Of a DNA stretch of 64,000 nt, positions 34,937 through 44,445 are shown one piece after another. Numbering within the stretch: the first letter of the stretch is position 1; every line of letters begins with the position of its first letter. Source of the DNA: an uncultured Candidatus Saccharibacteria bacterium (GTDB lineage Bacteria > Patescibacteriota > Minisyncoccia > Phycocordibacterales > JACOZG01); the NCBI GenBank assembly GCA_964648765.1, contig CAZYLF010000001.1, positions 357,797 to 421,796 of the forward strand, written 5' to 3'. The translations under genes and the position numbers were made by a program. The notes beneath the pieces were generated by a model that did not search any database, was not told the origin of the DNA, and saw only the letters and a program-made list of their open reading frames with translations.

Positions 34937-34962
34937 CGCTGTTGCTGCTGAAGACAATTTCC

Positions 34963-35289
34963 TCAATTTTGTCCACTAATATGAATTGGTGTACCGTACT
35001 TTACCAAAGGTAGACGCAGGTCACCAAGAACATGCTTTGCCGATATTTCTTCGTTGACAAACACCACAGCATCTTCTGCGCTCTTAAACGTCCTAGGAAT
35101 TTTTAATTCTCCTCCGCAGCAAATGGTTGTATTTGCTACGTCCTGGAGCAAATAAGGATCAGACTCATTCCTAACGAAAATCTCGATGACAGCGGCTCCT
35201 TTGGAGTGTACTTTGCCACAATGCTTACAGCTGAATTGATATCCACGCGGATCAATTCCAATGTTTACTCTCTCAATTTCCATTTCCAC
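34963..35289 (-). CDS. hypothetical small protein with CxxC ... CCGG motifs (GC3-rich codon usage)
   Basis: 108 aa. Strong SD AAAGGAGAAGTGGAA before ATG 35289. Motifs FSCKHCGKVH and TICCGGELKIP. Confidence 0.45.
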   Translation of the reverse strand: MEMEIERVNIGIDPRGYQFSCKHCGKVHSKGAAVIEIFVRNESDPYLLQDVANTTICCGGELKIPRTFKSAEDAVVFVNEEISAKHVLGDLRLPLVKYGTPIHISGQN

Positions 35290-35304
35290 TTCTCCTTTTT
35301 CAGG

Positions 35305-35541
35305 TCACTGCCTAGACCACAACTTCTTGGTCTTCATCTCCATCTCAAGATCAAGTCGAAGTTCCTTTTGTGTACTCCAATGTTGTCCCTCGGCCATTAT
35401 CCGATTGAACTCCAACTTTATCCCCGGCCACCAGCAGATGGTCAAAAAGATTAAACCAAAAAGATGCATGCACAGTTGAGCTCCCAACACTTTCAATTTT
35501 TCTGACACGATGTTCTCCTTGAATATTCTTTCTAGTTCCAC
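35305..35541 (-). CDS. possible small membrane protein (GTG start), first gene of a two-gene unit
   Basis: 78 aa. Hydrophobic core LCMHLFGLIFLTICWWPGI. Promoter TTGACA-N17-TAGTTAT about 40 nt upstream (minus strand, -35 at 35596..35591). No clear SD. Confidence 0.3.
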   Translation of the reverse strand: MELERIFKENIVSEKLKVLGAQLCMHLFGLIFLTICWWPGIKLEFNRIMAEGQHWSTQKELRLDLEMEMKTKKLWSRQ

Positions 35542-35655
35542 ATCGGAACAGGTTCTTACTATTCAAATAACTATCAATTTTAAATTGTTATGTCAAATGT
35601 AGCAAATTCATACGATCGTGCCGTTTTGCTACAGTATAAATTTTAACAAACAAAA

Positions 35656-35701
35656 AGCCCGCCCTGAAACGAAGAGCGGACTCTTTGTTTTGAGGGCGGG
35701 G
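35656..35701 (-). terminator. long imperfect terminator hairpin (gcccgccct...agggcgggg) after the 35708..35995 gene
   Basis: The minus orientation is followed by CTTTTTGTTTGTT. Arms resemble the terminator at 4845..4872 (aaaaagcccgcc ... gttttgagg(c)gggc). Confidence 0.55.
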
Positions 35702-35707
35702 GACCAT

Positions 35708-35995
35708 CTATGATCGTGGAGAAGTAACCGCAATATACATGGCTGCTAATGTGATCGCCTGGATAACCAATGCGGTGATAGGAATGATGGTCACGGACAT
35801 CATTATTCCCTTGAGTGATTGTGGTTGGCCCAGCGGGTATCCGCTCATTGTCCAAGCCAAGCTTAGTGCAGAGTCTGCGGTAGCAAACAGAAAAAGAAAG
35901 GTTGGAAATGCTACCGCAACGATCATCAGGTCGACAGTGATCCATGCCCACAAGGGCAGATCTGTTGGAATCAACATTGCTGGATCCCAGTTCAT
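35708..35995 (-). CDS. small polytopic membrane protein (95 aa, GC3-rich codon usage)
   Basis: Three predicted helices (LWAWITVDLMIVAVAFPTFLFLF, IMMSVTIIPITALVIQAITLAAMYIAV). SD AGAGGAGG before ATG 35995. Leader contains ACTTGAG plus a small hairpin. Confidence 0.45.
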   Translation of the reverse strand: MNWDPAMLIPTDLPLWAWITVDLMIVAVAFPTFLFLFATADSALSLAWTMSGYPLGQPQSLKGIMMSVTIIPITALVIQAITLAAMYIAVTSPRS

Positions 35996-36078
35996 GATAT
36001 TACCTCCTCTGTGCTTTTCGCACTCAAGTTGACATTCAATAGACCAGATTTACTGCTGAGACACTAGCACACTCAACC

Positions 36079-38292
36079 TTACTTTGTCAACTTGTGCGGA
36101 TTATGATTTGGGCAAAGTTTATTGGAACAACGTTCAGGGATAGTTTTAGTGCCCTCCATCATTAGGGAATTACACATCGGGCAGATGTTGCCAGTGGGTT
36201 TGGTTTTAATAATATTTTTACACTTCGGGTAATTAGAACAACCATAAAATAGTCCATACTTCCCACGCTTCTCGATCATCGAACCAACGTTACACAGCGG
36301 GCACTTCACGCCCGTATCACTCGCGCCACCGACGCCGCCATTCTCATCTTTTTTAATATATTTACATTTTGGATAATTGCCGCAAGAAGTAAATTTGCCG
36401 TAGCGACCCATGCGCTCCACCAATTTACCGCCGCAATCTGGGCAGATTTCGCCCGTCTCTTTTGGCCCTTCCATTTTCTCACCACTATCCGTGCGAGCGC
36501 CCAAGCAATCGGGGAATTTAGTACAACTCATGAAGCGACCATTCTTACCCAGCTTCCAGATCATTGAGTCGCTGCAGATTGGGCAGGGGAATTCTTTCGG
36601 CGCATCACCAAGGTTAGAAATTTTGGGAATTTTCTTTTTTGAAAGTACGGCTTTATGGAACGGTCCGTAAAAGTTTTTTAAAGATTTAACATATTCCATT
36701 TTGCCGGCGGCAATCTCATCCAGCTCATCTTCCATCTGCGCGGTGAAGGTGTCGCTTATGTAATTGGCAAAGTGCTCGGAGAGGAAGTCCGAGACCACGA
36801 TGCCCGTGTCGGTGGCCTTTAAACTCCGTTGAATTTTCTCTACATATCCGCGGTCAATAATTGTTTTAATAATTGAGGCGTAAGTAGACGGGCGACCAAT
36901 GCCGCGCTTCTCGAGTTCCTTCACTAAACCGGCTTCGCTGTAGCGATTGGGTGGAGAGGTTTCTTTGCCTTCAGAATTTATGGTTACAAGTTTAAGTGGC
37001 TCACCCTCGGCAAGCTTAGCAGGCAACTCCACTTCCTCACCGCGCGCAGCAGGGTCGGCTTTAAGCCAACCGTCAAACGTGACGCGGTAGCCGTTGGAGG
37101 TGAAGCTTGCCCCGTGTTCCGCTTCAGCGGAATTTACGGGGTCGGCCCATTTTGTTGTAACTTTAGTTTTCAAAACCTTCGCATCCGCCATCTGACTCGC
37201 GAGCGTGCGGCGCCAGATTAATTGATACAACTTTTCTTCGCCAGTGCCATTGCCAGCGCGTCGGACGTTTGGATGTGTAGGGCGAATAGCCTCGTGCGCT
37301 TCTTGAGCGTTTTTACTCCGCGTGGCGTACACCTTCACGCTCTCAGCATAATTATCACCAAAATCTTTCTTGGCGATTGCCACCATCTCGCTTGCAGCCG
37401 CGTTATTTAAATTAGTACTATCAGTACGCATGTAGGTGATGTGACCAGCTTCATAAAGTTTCTGGGCCAGGCGCATGGTTTGTGACGGTGAGAGTCCGAG
37501 CCTGGTGGAAGCTACTTGTTGTAAAGTTGAAGTTGTAAACGGCGCGCGAGATTTGCGAGCCATTTCAGTCGCTTCAATTTTGCCCACTTGCCAATTAGCT
37601 TTTTCACCAGCTTCCACAATTTTTTTAGCTTCGTCTTCAGTTTTTGGTTCGACAGTAGAGGTGAAAATAATTTTTTCATTCCGCGGGGTTTCCAGTTCGG
37701 CGGTGATCACCCAGAATTGCTCGGGGACGAAGTTCTGAATTTCCTTTTCGCGTTCCACTAAGATGCGGAGCGCTGGCGACTGCACGCGCCCGGCCGAGAG
37801 ACCGTAGCGGAGTTTGGTCCAAATGAGACCCGAGAGATCGTAGCCGAAGAGGCGATCAAGCACGCGTCTAGCTTCTTGCGCGGTTTTCAAATTATCATCA
37901 ATGGCGCGCGGGTGAGTGAGGGCCTCAATAATTGCGTCCTTAGTAATCTCGTGGAAGACCACGCGCTGGGGTTTTTTAAGTCCCACGGCTTCAGCAATGT
38001 GCCAGGCAATTGCTTCACCTTCGCGGTCAGGGTCGGTGGCGAGTAGCACAGCTGAAGCGCCCTTGCTAGCCGTTTTTAAATCACTTACTACTTTCTCTTT
38101 ACCCTTCGAGATTTCATAATGCGGCACAAAGCCCGCCTCGATGTCGATGGCGTTTTTATTTGATTTAGGTAAATCGCGAATGTGACCCACGGAGGCCATC
38201 ACTTTATATTCACTACCTAAATATTTGCCGATCGTCTTAGCCTTGGCCGGCGACTCCACGATCAATAATTTTTTCCCTGTGCTTGTGCTCAT
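36079..38292 (-). CDS. topA: DNA topoisomerase I with C-terminal zinc-ribbon repeats
   Basis: 737 aa. TOPRIM start KKLLIVESPAKAKTIGKYLG. Active-site Tyr region. Four C-terminal Cx2C...Cx2C ribbons (CPICSDSM, CPDCGGKL, CPLCNVGS, CPMCNSLM). Confidence 0.9.
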   Translation of the reverse strand: MSTSTGKKLLIVESPAKAKTIGKYLGSEYKVMASVGHIRDLPKSNKNAIDIEAGFVPHYEISKGKEKVVSDLKTASKGASAVLLATDPDREGEAIAWHIAEAVGLKKPQRVVFHEITKDAIIEALTHPRAIDDNLKTAQEARRVLDRLFGYDLSGLIWTKLRYGLSAGRVQSPALRILVEREKEIQNFVPEQFWVITAELETPRNEKIIFTSTVEPKTEDEAKKIVEAGEKANWQVGKIEATEMARKSRAPFTTSTLQQVASTRLGLSPSQTMRLAQKLYEAGHITYMRTDSTNLNNAAASEMVAIAKKDFGDNYAESVKVYATRSKNAQEAHEAIRPTHPNVRRAGNGTGEEKLYQLIWRRTLASQMADAKVLKTKVTTKWADPVNSAEAEHGASFTSNGYRVTFDGWLKADPAARGEEVELPAKLAEGEPLKLVTINSEGKETSPPNRYSEAGLVKELEKRGIGRPSTYASIIKTIIDRGYVEKIQRSLKATDTGIVVSDFLSEHFANYISDTFTAQMEDELDEIAAGKMEYVKSLKNFYGPFHKAVLSKKKIPKISNLGDAPKEFPCPICSDSMIWKLGKNGRFMSCTKFPDCLGARTDSGEKMEGPKETGEICPDCGGKLVERMGRYGKFTSCGNYPKCKYIKKDENGGVGGASDTGVKCPLCNVGSMIEKRGKYGLFYGCSNYPKCKNIIKTKPTGNICPMCNSLMMEGTKTIPERCSNKLCPNHNPHKLTK

Positions 38293-38403
38293 GTCATAAC
38301 ATTAGTACTACAGTTGTAAGTCCTTGGCAAATTTCTGGGGATAAGTTAGGATAAGAATGGATCGAACAAAATGTTTTTTTGCCTGCGGGCAGAAGGAGTC
38401 AAG

Positions 38404-38616
38404 ATGATCGGAAAACCTGCACCAGTAGAATGTCCGCGTTGTGGAGGATTGATCGACCACATTATTGATCAGACGGTTGGTCAATCAGCGGCACCAGAAG
38501 GAAGCATCGTTTGCGCCCCTGAGTCATATATTCAAGAGGACCACAAATGTGATCCTGAAAAGGTCGCAGAGCGTTCGGAACTTCGATTCAAAATCATGAG
38601 TTCCATGTCTGTCTAA
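38404..38616 (+). CDS. hypothetical small zinc-ribbon-like protein (CPRCGG ... C ... C)
   Basis: Start is the internal ATG at 38404, read as MIGKPAPVECPRCGGLIDH, with SD GGAGTCAAG. About 70 aa, GC3-rich. It has its own TTGGCA-N17-TAGGAT promoter and terminator. Confidence 0.4.
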   Translation: MIGKPAPVECPRCGGLIDHIIDQTVGQSAAPEGSIVCAPESYIQEDHKCDPEKVAERSELRFKIMSSMSV

Positions 38617-38621
38617 CTTAA

Positions 38622-38670
38622 AATTACCAAACTCTCACGGTCGTGGAAGTTTGGTAATTTTTTTGTTTTT
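38622..38670 (+). terminator. rho-independent terminator (aaattaccaaact...agtttggtaattt plus TTTTTGTTTTT)
   Basis: 13-bp AT-rich stem with a U-tract. It overlaps the last codons of the convergent dprA. Confidence 0.7.
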
Positions 38671-39538
38671 ATATCAATCTAAACTCGCCCGCAGATTCTT
38701 TAATCACGCCTTTGAGTTCAAGCATCATGAGCAAGGTGTTGGCGGCGCTGGGGTCGAGCTCGAGCTCCATAATTAATTCATCGCGCGGGAGTGGCTCAAC
38801 GCATAAAATTTCGTAAACCTTTTTCTCATCGTGAGTAAGATCGGCTAAATTAATTTTACTTTTTACATTTTCCTCAACTTTAAATCCGAGAACTTCGAGC
38901 AAATCTTTCGCCGAAGTGATAGGCGCGGCGCCTTGTTTGATCAACCAATTGGTGCCGTAAGATGAAGGGGAGAAGATTGACCCAGGCACGGCGTACACAT
39001 CGCGATTATATTCGGTAGTTAAACGCGCCGTGATAAGCGTGCCGGAACGTTCTCCAGCTTCAATCACCAGCGTACCTTTACTCATGCCGGCCATGATGCG
39101 ATTACGTTTAGGGAAGGTGTGAATGCCCGCCGGTTGATCTGGTTCAAGTTCTGAGAGTAAAGCGCCGCCAGCTGCCACAATCTCGTCAGCCAGTTTACGA
39201 TTGCTTGAAGGATGGAGCACGAGTCGACTTAAACCCGAGCCGGGGATGCCAATAGTTTTTAAATTCGCTTTAAGTGCTGCTTTGTGCGCCACGGTGTCGA
39301 TGCCGAGTGCGAGACCAGAAATTATCACAATCGGGTAACCCGCGAGGCCGGCAATAATTTCTTCACACGCCTCGCGACCGTAACTTGAGAATTTGCGTGA
39401 GCCCACGACGGTGAGATATGTAAATTCTTCCGGATCCGGCAACTCGCCTTCAATATAAAGTTCATCCGGCGGTCCCGGGATCTCACTTAACCCCTCCGGC
39501 CACTCACTTTTCGGCAGTAATTTTATTTTACTTTCCAT
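38669..39538 (-). CDS. dprA: DNA processing protein DprA (Smf)
   Basis: 289 aa. Rossmann-like core VVGSRKFSSYGREACEEIIAGLAGYPIVIISGLALGIDTVAHKAAL. C-terminal winged-helix-like tail. Upstream of topA, a conserved pairing. Confidence 0.85.
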   Translation of the reverse strand: MESKIKLLPKSEWPEGLSEIPGPPDELYIEGELPDPEEFTYLTVVGSRKFSSYGREACEEIIAGLAGYPIVIISGLALGIDTVAHKAALKANLKTIGIPGSGLSRLVLHPSSNRKLADEIVAAGGALLSELEPDQPAGIHTFPKRNRIMAGMSKGTLVIEAGERSGTLITARLTTEYNRDVYAVPGSIFSPSSYGTNWLIKQGAAPITSAKDLLEVLGFKVEENVKSKINLADLTHDEKKVYEILCVEPLPRDELIMELELDPSAANTLLMMLELKGVIKESAGEFRLI

Positions 39539-39669
39539 TTAACTTATTGTAGCAAAGAAATTTGTGATGGGGATAAAAAATTAGTGAGTAGTTAGTTTAA
39601 GGTGTTATTCTGTAAGCAGTTTAGGACAGGGAGGTTTTATTATTTAAATTATTAATTAGTTTTAAATTC

Positions 39670-41796
39670 ATGTTTAAGAAATATTTCGCCGGACTTCTCA
39701 TGTTGGCGCTTTTTGTTGTGCCATTTAATAGCGTGCAAGCGCAGACCATTGAAGATTTAAACGCAATGATCGCGCAGTTGGTTTATCAATTATGTTTAGC
39801 TCAAGGTGGCACAAATTGCGTACCACCTACGCCAACCCCTCCGCCGACATTGCCGGCAGTTAACCCAGTTTGTTTCGGTTATTCACGGCCATTGTTCGTT
39901 GGTTCACAAGGTGAGGATGTTAAAATGCTGCAGCTTTTCTTGCAGCAGAGAGGATATTTCACTGGAGTTGCTAATGGACTCTTTGAGATTTCTACTAAAA
40001 CAGCTTTAACTCAATTTCAACAGAGTGCAGGTATTTTAGCTACTGGTTACTTCGGTCCAGTTACAATTGCCTACCTTAAAACTCTTTGCCAGAGTACAAA
40101 CGTCCCAACTTTAAGTATTCTGACGCCAAATGGCGGTGAGAGTTATATAACTGGTGAGTCAACAATTAATATTGATTATCAATATTCGCCATCATCAATC
40201 GGAAGTCAGCCTATAACTGCTTACCTTTGGAGTCAGAATTCTGGCATCGGAAGGAGCGTCCACTCTACTTTAGGTGCAGGTACGCTTGTTATGCAACTAG
40301 CTAAAGGTGATTTGGTAGAAACTCCAGGGCAATACAAAATTCTTCTATGTACCGATAATGCAATGTCAAGCAGTGGTGATCAACTTTGCGATTACAGTGA
40401 TAATTTCTTTTACCTTACTAATGGTTCAACTAATTCTAATCAACCCCCATCAATCTCTGGCGTGTCTGGTCCAACCGTGTTAAACACTAACCAAAGTGGC
40501 ACTTGGTCTCTCACAGCCAGTGATCCAGAAAATGGCACTCTCTCGTACTCTGTGGATTGGGGTGATAATAAAACTGGTAAGGGAGTAAAAGGTGCCACAT
40601 CTGGCGTGTCTCAAACCGCTACCTTTACTCACTCGTACTCTGCGCCCGGTAATTATACGGTAACTTTGAAGGTTTCCGACAACGCTGGCCAATCTGCTCA
40701 CTCGACTTTGAGTGTTGTGGTGGGTGGGAGTAGTAGTAATGCCGCGCCATCAATAACCTACTATGAGTTACCAGTTGGGGCCTCAGTTGGTGAAACAGTT
40801 AACTTCTACTTAGAAGCATCTGACCCAGATGGCGACAATCTTTCTTGGAGTGGTAGCATACAAGATGTGAATAGTGGTGCGGGGTTTGCCGGTTCTTGCC
40901 CGTCATCACAACCAAATACTAGTTTTAACACCAGTAAAAAGTGGAATACTCCCGGTACCTATACAGTGAATTTTAAGGTGTCTGACTGCAAAGGAGGAAC
41001 AGATTCAAAATCGGTTACGGTAAATGTGGGTGGGATCGTACCTCCAGTTGCGCCATTGATAATGCTTACACCTAATGGCGGTGAGGTTTGGACGACGGGT
41101 TCAACACAAGGGATAAAATGGAACGATCCAAATTATGTTACAGGTACTCAATATGTTGTCTCAGCTAGATACTACACACAAACAGAAGTAGTTTATTTAT
41201 TGGGGCAGGTAACAAATGGACAATCATTCAATTGGACCGTGGGCCAACATCAGTCAGGGACAATTCCAGTTTATGATAAAAATTATTATTACATTGGTGT
41301 TTGTCGGATCCCTCCAGGTTCTACAATTTATGCTGGTTGTGACGATAGTGATAATTATATTTCGATTACTACCAACACTCCACCAACACCCACTCTCACT
41401 CCATCACTTAAACTTACAAAACCATCAAATGGCGTTAATCAGTTGATTGGTTCGCAAAAGAGTATTGAGTGGACGAGTTCAAATGTACCAGCTAGCAACT
41501 TAATGTTCATAAGGTACTACAATCTCAGTGGTGTACCACTTATTACCTCTGTTCCAATAGCTCAGGGTCAAAATGACGGAGTTCAGGTGATTACGGTTCC
41601 AAATTTACCTGTTGGGCAATATTACCTTGAGCTATCAACACAGCCTGTGAGTGGAGTAAATCTGTCAGATAAAAAACTCATAAATATCACTTCTCCAACT
41701 TCCAGTATTGATTCAAATCTCCAATACGCAAGCACGATTTCAGCAATTCAGAATTTGATTGAGGCACTTAGGGCGAGAGTTGGTGCGAGTCAGTAA
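39670..41796 (+). CDS. secreted or cell-surface protein: peptidoglycan-binding domain plus repeated Ig-like (Kre9/KNH-type and PKD-like) modules
   Basis: Signal peptide. PG_binding_1-like region (GEDVKMLQLFLQQRGYFTGVANGLFEISTKTALTQFQQSAG). Repeated LTPNGGE.w.tG....I.W modules and a VSDNAGQSAHSTLSVVV PKD-like strand. Confidence 0.55.
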   Translation: MFKKYFAGLLMLALFVVPFNSVQAQTIEDLNAMIAQLVYQLCLAQGGTNCVPPTPTPPPTLPAVNPVCFGYSRPLFVGSQGEDVKMLQLFLQQRGYFTGVANGLFEISTKTALTQFQQSAGILATGYFGPVTIAYLKTLCQSTNVPTLSILTPNGGESYITGESTINIDYQYSPSSIGSQPITAYLWSQNSGIGRSVHSTLGAGTLVMQLAKGDLVETPGQYKILLCTDNAMSSSGDQLCDYSDNFFYLTNGSTNSNQPPSISGVSGPTVLNTNQSGTWSLTASDPENGTLSYSVDWGDNKTGKGVKGATSGVSQTATFTHSYSAPGNYTVTLKVSDNAGQSAHSTLSVVVGGSSSNAAPSITYYELPVGASVGETVNFYLEASDPDGDNLSWSGSIQDVNSGAGFAGSCPSSQPNTSFNTSKKWNTPGTYTVNFKVSDCKGGTDSKSVTVNVGGIVPPVAPLIMLTPNGGEVWTTGSTQGIKWNDPNYVTGTQYVVSARYYTQTEVVYLLGQVTNGQSFNWTVGQHQSGTIPVYDKNYYYIGVCRIPPGSTIYAGCDDSDNYISITTNTPPTPTLTPSLKLTKPSNGVNQLIGSQKSIEWTSSNVPASNLMFIRYYNLSGVPLITSVPIAQGQNDGVQVITVPNLPVGQYYLELSTQPVSGVNLSDKKLINITSPTSSIDSNLQYASTISAIQNLIEALRARVGASQ

Positions 41797-41878
41797 TTGG
41801 GTAGTTGATAAAGAGAAGATCCTCGCTTGCTGCGGGGATTTTTTCTTTTGACGCAAAATCTGTTATCCTATTAGGCAT

Positions 41879-43139
41879 AATGTTAGATATTAAATTTATA
41901 AGAGAGAATGCCGATTTGGTGAAGGAGGCCGCACGGAAGAAGCATCTTAAAGTCGACCTTGATCAACTACTTAAACTTGATGAGGCTCGGCTCAAATTAA
42001 TGAGGCAAATTGAGGAGGCGCGGGCCAAACAAAATGCCGCAAGCACTGATATCGCCAAAGCCGATCCCACCTCTCGCGCAAGTTTAATCGCCGGCATGAC
42101 GGAAATTAAAACTGGTTTGCAAAAACTTGAAGAAGAGTTAAAGGGCGTGATGATGGAATGGAAGAAGTTGATGCTTGAAGTGCCAAACGTGCCCGACATG
42201 AGCGTGCCGGAGGGCGAGAGTGACGTTGATAACGCAGAGCTCAAACAAGTGGGAGAAAAGCCAAACTTTGATTTTACTCCCAAAAGTCATACTGAACTTT
42301 TGCCAAATTCTGGTATGGCGGACTTTACTCGAGGGGCCAAAGTCTCTGGCTTCCGTGGCTACTTCCTCGCTGGTGGAGCGATGCGTTTAACTTTTGCACT
42401 TTGGCAATTTGCCATTGATGAAATGATTGCTCAAGGTTTTACTCCAATGTTGGTGCCATCACTAGTGCGGCCCGAACCATTTTTAGGTACAGGCTACTTA
42501 CCTCAAGGAGCAGAGGATTTATATAAAACTCAAGATGGTGATTATCTCTCTGGCACAGCAGAAGTGGCCACGATGGGTTACTTTATGGATGAAGTGATCG
42601 CTGAGGCAGATTTACCAAAAAAACTTGTCTCATTTTCACCATGTTTTCGTCGGGAGGCGGGCAGTCATGGCAAGGATACTAAAGGATTAATTCGTGTGCA
42701 TGAGTTTTTTAAAGTTGAGCAGGTGGTGATTTGCCAAGCAAGTCATGAGGAAAGCGTGAAGTGGCATGAGGAATTGCTCAAGAATGCGGAGAGTTTTATG
42801 CAAAAGTTAAAGTTACCATATCGAGTGGTTACTAATTGCGCGGGTGATCTTGGGCAAGGTCAGGTTAAAAAGTATGACATTGAGGTTTGGCTCCCAGGCG
42901 AAAAAAGATATCTAGAAACTCACTCCATTTCATACTTCCACGATTTTCAAACTCGGCGCTTAAATCTTAGATACAAAAATGAAGATCGCACAAACTTTGC
43001 CCATTCGCTTAATGGTACTTTGGCGGCTACGCCTCGACTTTTAGTTGGCGTGGTAGAGAATTACCAAAATGCTGATGGCACAATGCGTGTGCCTGAAGCT
43101 CTCAAGAAATATGTAAACGCCGACACGCTTACGGTTTAA
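41879..43139 (+). CDS. serS: seryl-tRNA synthetase
   Basis: Start MLDIKFIRENADLV. N-terminal coiled coil. Class II motifs GFRGYFLAG, CFRREAGSHGKDTKGLIRVHEF, and motif 3 near the C-terminus. The track N-terminal extension is unlikely. Confidence 0.9.
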
Positions 43140-43149
43140 AATATTTTAA

Positions 43150-44016
43150 ATGACGACGCTCCGGAGAGAAATAATTGAGCGCTCACAAGAAGCCAAAAAA
43201 CGTCAACGCAAAATTAATATAATTTTACTTTTGGTGATTATTGCGCTCACTGTAGTTTTGTTTGTACAGATTTTTAATCATCCTAAAATTGCATTCAGGG
43301 GAGTTCAAATAATTGACCCATCAACTAAACTCGACAGCAAGGCAATTCTTGCCTTAGTGGGCGAGGAACTTAGAGGTAAGTACGGATATTTTTTAAATAA
43401 AACAAATTACTTTTTTTATCCGGCTGAAAAGTTAAAGTCAATGATTTTAACTGAGTTCCCAAAAATTAAAGATCTAAATTTACGTCGGGACGGCAATAAT
43501 TTAATGGTGGATGTGGTGGCGCGAGAGCCGGAGTTTATGTGGTGTCATGGGGCAGAGGATTTTTGCCAGTATTTAGATAATGAGGGAATTGCCATAAGTT
43601 TGGCGCCTAAATTTTCTGGAGAAACTCTGTTGATCTTTTCACCACATTCATCCAGCACCCCAATTACAAAACTTGGAGATTCACCTTTTAATATAGAAGA
43701 TTTTACCAGATTAACGAGCTTGATTGGTGAACTTAAGGTTGCTCTCCAAAATTCGCCATTTCAAACTTATAGTCTCCAAGAGATTCTGGTTCTTGAAGGG
43801 GGTGATTATAAAATTAAGCTAGATGAGGTGGGGCGGAAGGCTTTCCCACTTTATATTAACTTTAGCCTAAAAAATTCAAACCAAACCACTTTAACTTACT
43901 TAAAATCAGTTCTTAACTCACCAGAATTCAAGGCTTCACTCAATGTAAGTTCAAAGCCACTCAAGACTTTGGATTTAAGATTCAATCAAAAGGTGTTTTA
44001 CGAGTTCTGGGAGTAG
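43150..44016 (+). CDS. bitopic membrane protein with a possible FtsQ-type POTRA domain
   Basis: 288 aa. Basic N-terminus, one TM, then FRGVQIIDPSTKLDSKAILALVGEELRGKYGYFL...LNLRRDGNNLMVDVVAREP, which resembles FtsQ/DivIB POTRA. Weak call. Confidence 0.35.
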   Translation: MTTLRREIIERSQEAKKRQRKINIILLLVIIALTVVLFVQIFNHPKIAFRGVQIIDPSTKLDSKAILALVGEELRGKYGYFLNKTNYFFYPAEKLKSMILTEFPKIKDLNLRRDGNNLMVDVVAREPEFMWCHGAEDFCQYLDNEGIAISLAPKFSGETLLIFSPHSSSTPITKLGDSPFNIEDFTRLTSLIGELKVALQNSPFQTYSLQEILVLEGGDYKIKLDEVGRKAFPLYINFSLKNSNQTTLTYLKSVLNSPEFKASLNVSSKPLKTLDLRFNQKVFYEFWE

Positions 44017-44046
44017 CCAACTGGCAGTTGATTTTATATAATTTAA

Positions 44047-44442
44047 GTGATGAAGCTTTTTACTTTTCCGTTTAGTTATTTAGTTTGGCATTACACTTTA
44101 GCTATTCGTGACTTTGCAATTATTATAGGCAACTTACTTTGGTTCTTATATCACTACTTTTCCATCCCGATACTTTTAAAAACCCTATTCTCACCTTGGC
44201 GTCGACTTTCTGAGGGCTACAGTCACAACATACTTAAACCGGGGGATTTTTTTTCGACACTTATTGTTAATAGCTTAATACGGATTTTTGGCTTTGTGGT
44301 CAGAAGCGTAATGATCTTGGTCGGTATTTTAATGTGGCTTTCAAGTTTGGTGCTTAGTATTTTAGCAATGGTTTTCTGGCTATTCCTCCCTATTATTATT
44401 CCTACACTAATCTTTTTTGGTGGTTATTTGATTCTGACTTAA
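44047..44442 (+). CDS. small polytopic membrane protein
   Basis: 131 aa with four hydrophobic helices. Immediately upstream of the membrane-anchored AAA+ gene. Confidence 0.4.
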   Translation: MMKLFTFPFSYLVWHYTLAIRDFAIIIGNLLWFLYHYFSIPILLKTLFSPWRRLSEGYSHNILKPGDFFSTLIVNSLIRIFGFVVRSVMILVGILMWLSSLVLSILAMVFWLFLPIIIPTLIFFGGYLILT

Positions 44443-44445
44443 AAT

